Shown one piece after another: positions 29,502-38,650 of a stretch of 64,000 bases of DNA (its first letter is position 1; every line of letters begins with the position of its first letter). The notes below the pieces were generated by a model that searched no databases, was not told the origin of the DNA, and saw nothing but the letters and a program-made list of their open reading frames with translations. The stretch comes from an uncultured Nitrospiraceae bacterium (GTDB lineage: Bacteria; Nitrospirota; Thermodesulfovibrionia; Thermodesulfovibrionales; Dissulfurispiraceae): the NCBI GenBank assembly GCA_963727805.1, contig CAVSHF010000005.1, positions 896,001 through 960,000 on the forward strand. Reading direction: 5' to 3'. A program made the translations under genes and the position numbers.

Positions 29502-31413
29502 GGGGAATCTATCCATGGAAATATTGAAAAATGTTAATGAGCTTGAATCTCTTCGTACCCGACTCATTCAAGCGGAAAACAAGAAAAAAACGCTCGTTAC
29601 TGTCTGTTGCGGATCTGGGTGTCTCTCCAATGGGGCTCTGAAGGTAGCCGCAGCTTTGAAAAAGGGCTTAGCGCAGCCCGGGATGGAAGGATCTGTTGAG
29701 GTCAAGACCACTGGCTGTCATGGTTTTTGCGAGCGTGGCCCTATTACGGTGATTGAGCCCGAGGGCATCCTTTATCAGGGTGTAGGACGTAAACAGTTAG
29801 ATAAAGACGTTGATGAGATAGTGGAGACTCTACAAAAGGGGGGAGAGCCCGTTAAACGGCTGCTCTACAAAGATTTAGAAACTAAAGATGTTATTGCACA
29901 TTTTAAAGATATCCCCTTTTACGCCAAGCAACGCAGGGTGGCTTTACGCAACAACGGGATAATCGACCCTAAGAATATTGAAGACTACCTGGTTCACAAC
30001 GGTTATGCTTCTTTTGCCAAGGCTGTTTCCATGAAGCCTGAAGAAATCATTGCCTTGCTCAAAGACTCGCAACTGCGTGGCCGAGGCGGCGCTGGTTTTC
30101 TTACAGGTCAGAAGTGGGAACTATCACGAAGGTCCGAAGCGTTCCCTAAATACGTGATCTGTAATGGTGATGAGGGTGACCCCGGCGCCTTTATGGACCG
30201 GTCCATAATGGAAGGCGATCCCCATTCTGTGCTTGAGGGCATGCTCATCGCGGCATGGGCCATCGCTGGCGGCCAGGGACCGATCGCCGGATACCTTTAT
30301 GTGCGCGCTGAGTACCCACTAGCAGTTGAAAATTTGACACTTGCTGTGAAGCAGGCAAGGGCCTATGGACTTCTGGGGAAGAACATCTTAGGTTCTGGAT
30401 TCGACTTTGACATAACGATCAACCGCGGCGCTGGAGCATTTGTGTGCGGCGAAGAGACTGCACTTATAGCTTCTATTGAAGGAAAGCCAGGCCTACCACG
30501 ACCCAGGCCGCCTTTCCCCGCCCAGGAGGGGCTCTTTGGCAAGCCTACAAATATTAACAACGTCGAAACCCTTGCCAACGTGCCAATGATCATCGAAAAA
30601 GGCGCTGAATGGTTCAGAAGCATCGGCGTCGAAAAGAATGGCGGCACCAAAGTATTCAGCCTCGTGGGAAAGGTTAACTATACAGGCCTTGTGGAAGTGC
30701 CCATGGGAACAACCATCCGCGAAGTGGTCTTCGGCATAGGGGGCGGCATCCAAGGCGGCAAGAAGTTCAAAGCAGTGCAGACTGGCGGACCCTCTGGCGG
30801 CTGTATCCCAGAGTCGTTGCTGGACCTTCCCCTTACCTATGAAGGACTGATGCAGGCAGGGTCTATCATGGGGTCCGGTGGTATGATCGTGATGGACAAC
30901 GAGACTTGTATGGTTGACGTTGCCCGTTACTTCCTGAAGTTCGTCTGCGAAGAATCATGCGGAAAGTGTATCCCCTGTCGAGAGGGCACAAAACGCATGA
31001 GTGATATCCTGGAGCGCATTTGCGCAGGAGACGGGCAGGAGGGAGATATCGAAACCTTGGAACGCATGGGTAAAGCCATTGCCGCTTCCTCTCTTTGTGG
31101 CCTGGGCCAGACGGCACCTAATCCGACGCTCTCCACGATCCGCTATTTTCGCGATGAGTACGAGGCCCATATTCGGGACAAGAGATGCCCTGCCGGAGTT
31201 TGCAAAGCCTTAATAGATTACCGTATAGACGAAAAAGCCTGCACAGGGTGCGGGGCATGCGCCAGAAACTGCCCGGTCAATGCTATAACTGGTGAAAAGA
31301 AGAAGACGCATGTACTTGATCAGGATAAATGCGTGAAGTGCGGCGCTTGTCGCGAAAGCTGCAAGTTTAATGCAGTTGTCATTGAAAAAGCCCATGAGCA
31401 CGCAGCAGTTTAA
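29494..31413 (+). CDS. NuoF/HydB-like FMN- and NADH-binding subunit
   Basis: N-terminal [2Fe-2S] (CCGSGC...GCHGFC), LRGRGGAGF, CNGDEGDPGAFMDR, GAGAFVCGEETAL, GGPSGG, ESCGKCIPCREG, C-terminal 2x[4Fe-4S]; start may be 29515. Confidence 0.92.
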   Translation: MHEGNLSMEILKNVNELESLRTRLIQAENKKKTLVTVCCGSGCLSNGALKVAAALKKGLAQPGMEGSVEVKTTGCHGFCERGPITVIEPEGILYQGVGRKQLDKDVDEIVETLQKGGEPVKRLLYKDLETKDVIAHFKDIPFYAKQRRVALRNNGIIDPKNIEDYLVHNGYASFAKAVSMKPEEIIALLKDSQLRGRGGAGFLTGQKWELSRRSEAFPKYVICNGDEGDPGAFMDRSIMEGDPHSVLEGMLIAAWAIAGGQGPIAGYLYVRAEYPLAVENLTLAVKQARAYGLLGKNILGSGFDFDITINRGAGAFVCGEETALIASIEGKPGLPRPRPPFPAQEGLFGKPTNINNVETLANVPMIIEKGAEWFRSIGVEKNGGTKVFSLVGKVNYTGLVEVPMGTTIREVVFGIGGGIQGGKKFKAVQTGGPSGGCIPESLLDLPLTYEGLMQAGSIMGSGGMIVMDNETCMVDVARYFLKFVCEESCGKCIPCREGTKRMSDILERICAGDGQEGDIETLERMGKAIAASSLCGLGQTAPNPTLSTIRYFRDEYEAHIRDKRCPAGVCKALIDYRIDEKACTGCGACARNCPVNAITGEKKKTHVLDQDKCVKCGACRESCKFNAVVIEKAHEHAAV

Positions 31414-31422
31414 GGAGATATC

Positions 31423-34400
31423 ATGAACGAGGCATCTAACATTTATTTCATCAACGACCAAGAAGTCAACGTCGAGCCGGGACAAACCGTTTTAGAGGCC
31501 GCCCGAAAGCTGGGCATTTGGATCCCTACACTATGCCATCGCAACCCTCTTGAGCCCGAAGGCGCCTGTCGGCTTTGCATGGTCGAAGTGGAGGCCATGG
31601 GCCGGCGCAGGCTGGTTACCAGCTGCGGATATCCCGTATCACCTGGCATAAAAGTCTATACCGAAACCCCATTAGTCAAAGAGAGCCGTCAGGTTGTGGC
31701 TGAACTCCTATTGGCCCGCTGCAGCGAGAATAAGGAGATACGGGAACTTTGCGAAAAGCTGGGGGTAACTGATACTCCTTTCTCTAAAGAAAAACATGAT
31801 TGTATGCTATGTGGTCTCTGCGTTCAAATGTGCCATCAGCGTATGCAGGTTGGCGCAATAGGCTTCATCGGCCGAGGCTACGATCGTAAAGTGGGCACTC
31901 CTTACGACCGCAATTCTGACGTTTGTATCACCTGCGGGGCATGCGAGTTCATCTGTCCCACCGGGGCCATCACAGCCAAAATGAACAGCGGCCGCAACCC
32001 TATCCCTCACAAAAAGACGTTCGAGCAGGGCCTCAGTGCATGCGGCAACATTGATATCCCGTTCCCCTCGGCAGTGCCGCTCCTTCCAAGCATCGACCGG
32101 ACTAATTGCATCCATTTCAATATCGGGTCGGATGCCTGCAAGATCTGCAAACAAGTATGTCCTCCGGGCGCCATTACTTATGAACAGGAAGATATAGAGG
32201 AAGAACTCGAAGTCGGAGCAGTCATCATGGCGCCGGGTCTGGAGCGTTATAATCCCCAGGTCAGGGGCGAACTTGGTTACGGCCGGTGGCCCAATGTTGT
32301 CACATCGCTTCAGTTCGAACGCATCCTGTCTGCTTCGGGTCCGTTTCAGGGGGTCGTACAACGGCCCGCCGACGGCAAGCATCCTGTCAAGGTCGCCTGG
32401 ATCCAGTGCGTAGGCTCTCGTGATGCTCATAATGCCAACCCCTGGTGCTCGTCAGTTTGTTGTATGTATGCCACCAAGCAGGCGGTGATAGCGCGCGAGC
32501 ATGATAAGCACATCCAGCCCACTATTTTCTACATGGATATGCGGGCTTTTGGCAAGGATTTCGATAAATACGTAGAGCGCGCCAAAAGTGAGTATGGTGT
32601 GCGGTATATGCGGGCAATGGTCTCTGCTGTCCGCGAAGCCCCCGGTACCAGTGACCTCGTGCTTCGCTATGCGCTCGAAGATGGTTCACTTATCAATGAA
32701 GAGTTCGATATGGTAGTTCTCTCAGTTGGCCTAGAACCGCAGAAAGACGCGGCCAAACTTGCGGAGATTTGCGGCGTCGATATGACCAATTATCTATTTC
32801 CACAGACCTCTACCTTCGAGCCTGTCGACGCGAGCCGTCCGGGCGTCTTTGTAACCGGCACTTATCAGGGGCCAAAAGACATTCCCGAGACAGTTATGCA
32901 GGGCAGTGCAGTAGCAGGGCAGGCGATGGCCCTTCTTGGCGAAGCGCGTTGGACGGAAACAATAAAAAAAGAGACGCCGCCTGAAAGGGACATTTCTGCA
33001 GAAGAGCCGCGGCTCGGCGTCTTCGTCTGCTCATGCGGCATAAATATCGCCGGCACCGTCGACGTTGCAAAGGTAGTCGAGGAGATGAGAGATATCCCCG
33101 GCGTGGTCCATGTAGAAAACACACTTTACACCTGTTCCCAGGACAGCCAGGAGAAGATAAAGCAGCTGATAAAAGAAAAGGGAATCAACCGCGTGCTCGT
33201 TGCTTCATGCACGCCTCGTACCCATACCCCACTATTCCAGGAGACTCTTCAGGAAGCCGGCCTCAATAAGTACTTGTTCGAGCTTGCAGATATCCGCGAG
33301 CAGTGCTCATGGTGCCATATGGGCCAGCGTGAAGAGGCGACAAAAAAGGCGATACGTCTCGTAAAAATGTCGATCGCCAAGGTAAAGCTCCTCCAGCCGA
33401 TTAAAACCGAGACAGTGGGCGTAACCCCGGCGAGTCTCGTCATTGGTGGCGGTGTAGCCGGAATGACCACTGCTCTTTCACTTGCTGAGCAAGGGTTCGA
33501 CGTCCATATCATAGAGCGCGAAAAGGAACTTGGAGGCCTTGCCAGGAATCTTTATTTCACTCAGGACGGCAGTGACGTTCAGGGCTACCTGAAGTCGCAG
33601 ATCGGTGCAGTCATGGCCCATCCTCGCATAACGGTGCATACTGGGGTCGAGGTCCAGAATACCGAAGGATTCATCGGCAACTTCGAGACGGTACTTACTG
33701 ATGGGAAAACCATCTTACACGGCACTATAGTTCTGACGACAGGCGGCATCGAGTACCAGCCGACGGAATACCTCTATAACGAGAGCGACAGGGTAGTCAC
33801 CCAGCGAGAACTTGAAAAGAAGATCTTTGAAGGACTCCAGCCCGGCTCAGGCGAACGGTATGTAATGATCCAGTGCGTCGGCTCACGTGAAGAGCCTAAC
33901 CAGTACTGCTCCCGCATCTGCTGCCAGGACGCCGTGAAGAACGCCATCGAGATCAAAGCACGGAACCCAAAGGCCCAAGTGGCCATCCTTTACCGGGATA
34001 TGAGGACCTACGGCCTTCGCGAGGATTACTATACAAAGGCCCGCGACCTCGGAGTCCTCTTTATCAGATATGATGTAGATAAAAAACCCCAGGTCGAAAA
34101 GATAGGTGAAAAACTCCGTATCAAGACCTGGGATTACATGCTGGATAAGGAACTCGTAATGGATGCCGAGTGGGTGGTTCTCTCAACAGGTCTGAGGCCG
34201 CACCCAACGACAGAAAAGATTGGTTCGCTTTACAAAGTCACCCGCAATCCTGACGGCTATTTCCTTGAGGCCCATGTAAAACTCCGTCCAGTGGACTTCC
34301 CGAGTGAAGGCATCTTTGTAGCCGGTCTTGCACACGCTCCCAAGAATCTGGATGAGACAATCAGCCAGGCACTTGCCGCAGCTGGCCGGGCGGGCGTCGT

Positions 34401-34680
34401 CCTTTCTCATGAGAGGCTGGCGATATCCGGTCTCATCGCCAAACAAAAGCGCGAGCTCTGCATGTCGTGTCTGAGTTGCCTCAGGATATGCCCCTTCGGG
34501 TCACCCTTTATCGACGCAGACGGCAAAGTCAGCCATAACGAGATCAAATGCCACGGATGCGGTCTCTGCGCAGGTATTTGCCCGGCAAAGGCCTTCCAGA
34601 TCAACGGCTTCAGTGATGAGCAGATGCTCGCCATGATCGACGTGGCTGCTGATCTTGAAGAAGGCGGGGTAGTCAATTAG
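31423..34680 (+). CDS. Fusion: NuoG/HoxU-like N-terminal FeS domains + remainder of HdrA + second HdrA module
   Basis: IPTLC...GACRLC...SC and CMLCGLC...CITCGAC; then IPFPSAVP, CVGSR...CSSVCCMY, GPKDIP; then GVFVCSCG.NI, IREQCSW.H, LVIGGGVAG, YCSRICC, AHVKLRPVD and a C-terminal ferredoxin. Confidence 0.9.
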   Translation: MNEASNIYFINDQEVNVEPGQTVLEAARKLGIWIPTLCHRNPLEPEGACRLCMVEVEAMGRRRLVTSCGYPVSPGIKVYTETPLVKESRQVVAELLLARCSENKEIRELCEKLGVTDTPFSKEKHDCMLCGLCVQMCHQRMQVGAIGFIGRGYDRKVGTPYDRNSDVCITCGACEFICPTGAITAKMNSGRNPIPHKKTFEQGLSACGNIDIPFPSAVPLLPSIDRTNCIHFNIGSDACKICKQVCPPGAITYEQEDIEEELEVGAVIMAPGLERYNPQVRGELGYGRWPNVVTSLQFERILSASGPFQGVVQRPADGKHPVKVAWIQCVGSRDAHNANPWCSSVCCMYATKQAVIAREHDKHIQPTIFYMDMRAFGKDFDKYVERAKSEYGVRYMRAMVSAVREAPGTSDLVLRYALEDGSLINEEFDMVVLSVGLEPQKDAAKLAEICGVDMTNYLFPQTSTFEPVDASRPGVFVTGTYQGPKDIPETVMQGSAVAGQAMALLGEARWTETIKKETPPERDISAEEPRLGVFVCSCGINIAGTVDVAKVVEEMRDIPGVVHVENTLYTCSQDSQEKIKQLIKEKGINRVLVASCTPRTHTPLFQETLQEAGLNKYLFELADIREQCSWCHMGQREEATKKAIRLVKMSIAKVKLLQPIKTETVGVTPASLVIGGGVAGMTTALSLAEQGFDVHIIEREKELGGLARNLYFTQDGSDVQGYLKSQIGAVMAHPRITVHTGVEVQNTEGFIGNFETVLTDGKTILHGTIVLTTGGIEYQPTEYLYNESDRVVTQRELEKKIFEGLQPGSGERYVMIQCVGSREEPNQYCSRICCQDAVKNAIEIKARNPKAQVAILYRDMRTYGLREDYYTKARDLGVLFIRYDVDKKPQVEKIGEKLRIKTWDYMLDKELVMDAEWVVLSTGLRPHPTTEKIGSLYKVTRNPDGYFLEAHVKLRPVDFPSEGIFVAGLAHAPKNLDETISQALAAAGRAGVVLSHERLAISGLIAKQKRELCMSCLSCLRICPFGSPFIDADGKVSHNEIKCHGCGLCAGICPAKAFQINGFSDEQMLAMIDVAADLEEGGVVN

Positions 34681-34743
34681 ATTAGTGATGAATAGTTCGA
34701 CGAGCGTCTATGCCCGTCGGCGATATAACAGGAGGAACATTTA

Positions 34744-35262
34744 ATGGCGACAGTTGCTGAAGCGCCTGTAAAGGAAGCGGTTTCGACAATCGAGAAACCC
34801 CACGAAATAAGCGAGGGTTGGCAGCCGAACATTATCGCCTTGGCTTGCCATTACTGCGCGTTTGCCGCGGCAGACCTGGCCGGGGTCATGCGCCTTACTT
34901 ACCCAACGGGCGTCAAGATCATCCGCATGCCCTGTACGGGAAAGCTCGATCACATCTATGTGCTTAGGGCCTTCGAAAAGGGCGTTGACGGCGTCTTCGT
35001 CGCCGGTTGACTCGAGGGGCAATGTCATTACCTGGAAGGTAATACCAATGCAGCAAGAAGGGTAAAGCATATAAAAAAGCTTTTACAACACGTAGGAATC
35101 GATCCCGCACGACTCGAAATGTTCAATCTCTCTGCGGCGATGGGGCCACGGTGGGCTGAAATATGCATCGATTTCACCGAGCGTGTCAAGAAGCTCGGCC
35201 CCTCTCCCGTCAGGATTGCAAAAGAAAAACAGGCCAGAAACAAAAGGAGTGACAACCAATGA
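34744..35262 (+). CDS. mvhD: MvhD/FlpD-type [2Fe-2S] subunit, predicted selenoprotein (UGA at 35008-35010)
   Basis: ACHYCAFAAADLAG, RMPCTGK, DGVFVAG-[TGA]-LEGQCHYLEGN; the frame stays open to TGA 35260-35262, which overlaps the metV ATG. Confidence 0.9.
35011..35050 (+). promoter_or_regulatory. Bacterial SECIS-like hairpin
   Basis: ATTACC-TGGAA-GGTAAT stem-loop (35027-35043) with a G-containing apical loop 22 nt after the UGA. Confidence 0.7.
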
Positions 35263-35972
35263 TCGTCGGCGAACAGAAGCCAATTGAAGAAATCTGGAAT
35301 ATGGTCAAGGGTCTTAAAAAAGTCTTGGTGTACGGCTGCAACACCTGTGTTGCCGTCTGCCATGCCGGCGGCGCCAAGGAGGCTGAGATCATCGCCTCTC
35401 TTCTGCGCATCAGGGCCGCGGAAGAAGGGATCGAAATGGCGGTTGAACACGGGGCATGCGAACGACAATGTGAACCCGAATTCTTTATGCCCTCTATAGA
35501 AAAATTCAAGGCGCAGGATGTAGTACTCTCGACCGCATGCGGCGTTGGGGTAAACCTCATGTCCGCTGAAATCGGCGATATCGCCGTCTATCCTGCTCTT
35601 AATACCGAATTCTACGGCGCCGTGCCCAAGGCTGGGCTCTTTGTCGAGATGTGCGGGGGCTGCGGCAACTGTATCCTCCACCTTACCGGCGGTATCTGCC
35701 CCATCGTCCGTTGCTCGAAGTCGCTTTTAAACGGTCCCTGTGGCGGCACCAACAACGGCAAGTGCGAGATCAGTAATGAGGTAGACTGCGCCTGGTACCT
35801 GATAGTTGAACGTATGAAGAAACTCGGCACTCTTGATAAACTTCTGGAGATACAGCCCCCGAAGAACTGGGCAACAGCAACTGCCGGCGGACCCCGCAGA
35901 ATCGTAATCGAGCATATCGCTGAATTGGAAGAAAAGGAAGAAAATAAGGCTGCGGGGGAGGTCAAGAAATGA
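35259..35972 (+). CDS. metV: Methylene-THF reductase small subunit MetV (MTHFR C-terminal domain protein)
   Basis: GCNTC...GG..E, RQCE, ACGVG, C.GCGNC.L..TGGICP..RCSKSLLNGPCGG...GKCE...CAW. Confidence 0.9.
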   Translation: MIVGEQKPIEEIWNMVKGLKKVLVYGCNTCVAVCHAGGAKEAEIIASLLRIRAAEEGIEMAVEHGACERQCEPEFFMPSIEKFKAQDVVLSTACGVGVNLMSAEIGDIAVYPALNTEFYGAVPKAGLFVEMCGGCGNCILHLTGGICPIVRCSKSLLNGPCGGTNNGKCEISNEVDCAWYLIVERMKKLGTLDKLLEIQPPKNWATATAGGPRRIVIEHIAELEEKEENKAAGEVKK

Positions 35973-36949
35973 AATCTGGAAGCAATCTCGAACGGGTCAT
36001 CCTGAGCGGAAATCCGGCTGTTACAGCGGAACTTGGACCTCCCATGAGTGCATCACCCGATGAGATAGTCCATAAGGCTCATACGTTGAAGGGTTTTTGC
36101 GATGCGGCAAACATCACCGATTGTCAGACAGCAGTCGTGCGCATATCCAGCATAGCTGCAGCCTTCATCGCCTTTCGTGAAGGGCTCGAGCCGGTCATGC
36201 AGATGACCTGCCGCGACAGAAACCGCATTGCTATACAGGCCGATCTGTTAGGAGCAGCAGCACTTGGACTGAAAAACTGCCTCTGCATCGCAGGCGACCA
36301 CCAGAAATTCGGCGCTGCAGGAAAATTGAAGGGCCATCCCGGAGCAAAAAACGTCTATGACGTCGACACCACACAGCTCGTTGGCATCCTCAAGAAGATG
36401 CGCGACGAAAGTCTTCAGGAAGGCGGCGACAAGCTCGAAGTGCCCCCGAAGTTCTTCATCGGCGCGACGTGGACACCCATGGGCGACCCGATGGATTTCA
36501 GACCTTATAACCTGAAGAAAAAGGTCGATGCGGGAGCTGAATTTATCCAGACCCAAGGCATCTATGACATGGAGCTCTTCAAGTCTCAGTGCGAAAAAGC
36601 GCGGAACCTCGGCGTCCTTGAAAATACTGCTCTATTGGCCGGCATCATCGTGCCGAAGAGCGCCATGATGCTCAAATATATGGACGCGAGCGTTTCAGGA
36701 GTGACTGTACCTAAGCCACTGATCGACCGCATGGCAAAAGCGAAAGCGGCTGCCGGAGATGACAAGAAAAAGGCCAAGCTGCTCCAGGAGGAAGAGGGAA
36801 TAAAGATCACCATCGAGCTGATCCATCAGGCTCTTGAAATACCCGGCGTCAAGGGCGTCCATATTCAGGCAATCGATTGGGAATCAGCCATCGAGAGGAT
36901 TGTCAAGGATGCCGGTCTTTATCCGAGACCGACTTTCCCGGCAGAATAG
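35969..36949 (+). CDS. metF: Methylenetetrahydrofolate reductase
   Basis: VTAELGPP, ANITD, QMTCRDRNRIAIQ.DLLGA, GDH, KKVDAGAEFIQTQ, GVHI. Confidence 0.93.
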   Translation: MKSGSNLERVILSGNPAVTAELGPPMSASPDEIVHKAHTLKGFCDAANITDCQTAVVRISSIAAAFIAFREGLEPVMQMTCRDRNRIAIQADLLGAAALGLKNCLCIAGDHQKFGAAGKLKGHPGAKNVYDVDTTQLVGILKKMRDESLQEGGDKLEVPPKFFIGATWTPMGDPMDFRPYNLKKKVDAGAEFIQTQGIYDMELFKSQCEKARNLGVLENTALLAGIIVPKSAMMLKYMDASVSGVTVPKPLIDRMAKAKAAAGDDKKKAKLLQEEEGIKITIELIHQALEIPGVKGVHIQAIDWESAIERIVKDAGLYPRPTFPAE

Positions 36950-36960
36950 CTTCATTGTAC

Positions 36961-36996
36961 AAAAAAGGGCGGTGGTTAACTCCATCGCCCTTTTTT
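36961..36996 (+). terminator. Rho-independent terminator of the hdr-met operon
   Basis: aaaaaagggcggtgg-ttaact-ccatcgccctttttt. Confidence 0.8.
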
Positions 36997-37144
36997 GTTG
37001 CCAGACACCATCCCCCGTAAACGTGTTAGCATTGTTAGTGAAGAAAAGGTATAACGGGGGTCTGCCGCACCTTTCGTTAGAGTACAGCAGAGGTCAATAA
37101 AAGCTTACAGCTCGTTGCAGTCCAGAGTCTATATATTAATGTAC

Positions 37145-37819
37145 TTATTCGCCTGTCCTACTCGTCATACCATCCGCCGCCGTCATTTCCACTGACAGAG
37201 ATACAAGCTGAAACGCCTTACAAAAATCATTACTAAGCAAAGCACCTATTTCAATAGGTCCATTATTAAAAAGAATTTTCGTGCATCCCTTCAGTAAATC
37301 ATGATGCTCTTTCATAAAGTTTTTGAGCTCACAAGCGTTTACGAGTATACCTTTCGTCAACAAAGATGGCCCGAGATCCTTCATCACAACATTGAACAGC
37401 TTCAGATGTACTACTCCTTCGCCGCCGGCTCGTAGACCTGACTCTCTGTAAGTGATCGATCTGCGGAATGATGCAAAGACGCTTCCCTGCCTCATGGTTG
37501 CTCCAACCAGGCCCGGCAATGCAGAGGATAGCGCTAATCTCGATTCGTTCCTGATGGTCGCCGAATCAAGATCATCCACGGGCTTGCCATCAAGGAATAC
37601 GGTGCTTATATGGTCTCGGATATACTCCGGGCTTATACCGAGTTGCCCGGTCAAAAACGCCGAGACACTGCAGCCGACCTTAACGTCTCTCACAAAAAAG
37701 CCGCCTTGCACAAAACTGAACAGTTCTGATACCTTCCTCTTATCAAGCTCCAACACCAAGTGCGGAAGGATGTTACTGAACCCTGATTGATCCAACAAAA
37801 CAGTTTCACTATCGCTCAT
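37145..37819 (-). CDS. Hypothetical protein
   Basis: 224-aa open frame with protein-like composition (STVFLDGKPVDD...LALSSALPGLVGA); no family recognised. Confidence 0.6.
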   Translation of the reverse strand: MSDSETVLLDQSGFSNILPHLVLELDKRKVSELFSFVQGGFFVRDVKVGCSVSAFLTGQLGISPEYIRDHISTVFLDGKPVDDLDSATIRNESRLALSSALPGLVGATMRQGSVFASFRRSITYRESGLRAGGEGVVHLKLFNVVMKDLGPSLLTKGILVNACELKNFMKEHHDLLKGCTKILFNNGPIEIGALLSNDFCKAFQLVSLSVEMTAADGMTSRTGE

Positions 37820-38026
37820 CGTTCCCCATTATTTAACAATATGGTATGCATTTGTCTTATATTGTAATGATAGTTCAAAATAGCCGGTATGCCTAAACCG
37901 GGTCAATCTTCAGGAGCGGGGCAGGAGCAGGTTGGACTATGGATATTCCACAACAAGGCACTAAATCCCAATAATCCAGCCTGCTTCCTGAAGTCAAAAA
38001 TACATCATTCTCCTATAAATTAATAA

Positions 38027-38506
38027 TCAGACGACTTTTACGTTCATGATTCCTTCCCAATAGCCATGCAGATTGCACCGCTGATGTGCGACCAGAGTTA
38101 TCATGCCGGCAGGAGCGGACTCCTTTGTAACGACTACGGTAAAGGTTGCTTTTGGCTGAAGATATCCCTTGGGCTGAAAATCGATCCTGCCTGCAGGCTC
38201 ATTGCCTATGTTGAGTTCGATATATTCTATCCAGTGGGTAGGTCCCATTGAATGGACCTTCTCTCCCACGCTTACCTCAACGGTGAACGGTTCTCCAGCC
38301 TTAACTTCCGAGGGTACGGTCAGAAAGGGTGCGTGGGTTTTTTCGAGGGGAGTCTTATTAGAAACATCCTTTACCTTGTTGATAGCCTCAAACAGTGCAG
38401 CATCGACCTTCACCGGATAATTGGTATCGAGTGCAAAAGCTCCTTTCGCAAGTCCCACTACCAGCGTCCCCATTGTAGCAGTCTTTAAAAAAGTCCTTCT
38501 ATCCAT
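38027..38506 (-). CDS. Superoxide reductase-like (1Fe, neelaredoxin/SORL) protein with Tat signal
   Basis: MDRRTFLK...AFA signal; EKTH, HSMGPTHWIEYI, CNLHG Fe ligands. Confidence 0.85.
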   Translation of the reverse strand: MDRRTFLKTATMGTLVVGLAKGAFALDTNYPVKVDAALFEAINKVKDVSNKTPLEKTHAPFLTVPSEVKAGEPFTVEVSVGEKVHSMGPTHWIEYIELNIGNEPAGRIDFQPKGYLQPKATFTVVVTKESAPAGMITLVAHQRCNLHGYWEGIMNVKVV

Positions 38507-38650
38507 CTTGCAGATCCTCCTTTTGATCGCTTTCTTATAAGTATCACATCAAAATATGGAGCATTCAAGTCCAGCGTACGGTCCTGATATGTGCTATGGC
38601 TATTCCTCATTTGCCTTTATTCGGTCAAATAGGTAATATATCTTTCCGTT

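Noticed and set aside
34744..35010. mvhD as an 88-aa truncated pseudogene
   Set aside because: The TGA sits at a conserved Cys with an intact downstream frame and a SECIS-like hairpin, so Sec readthrough is the better explanation.
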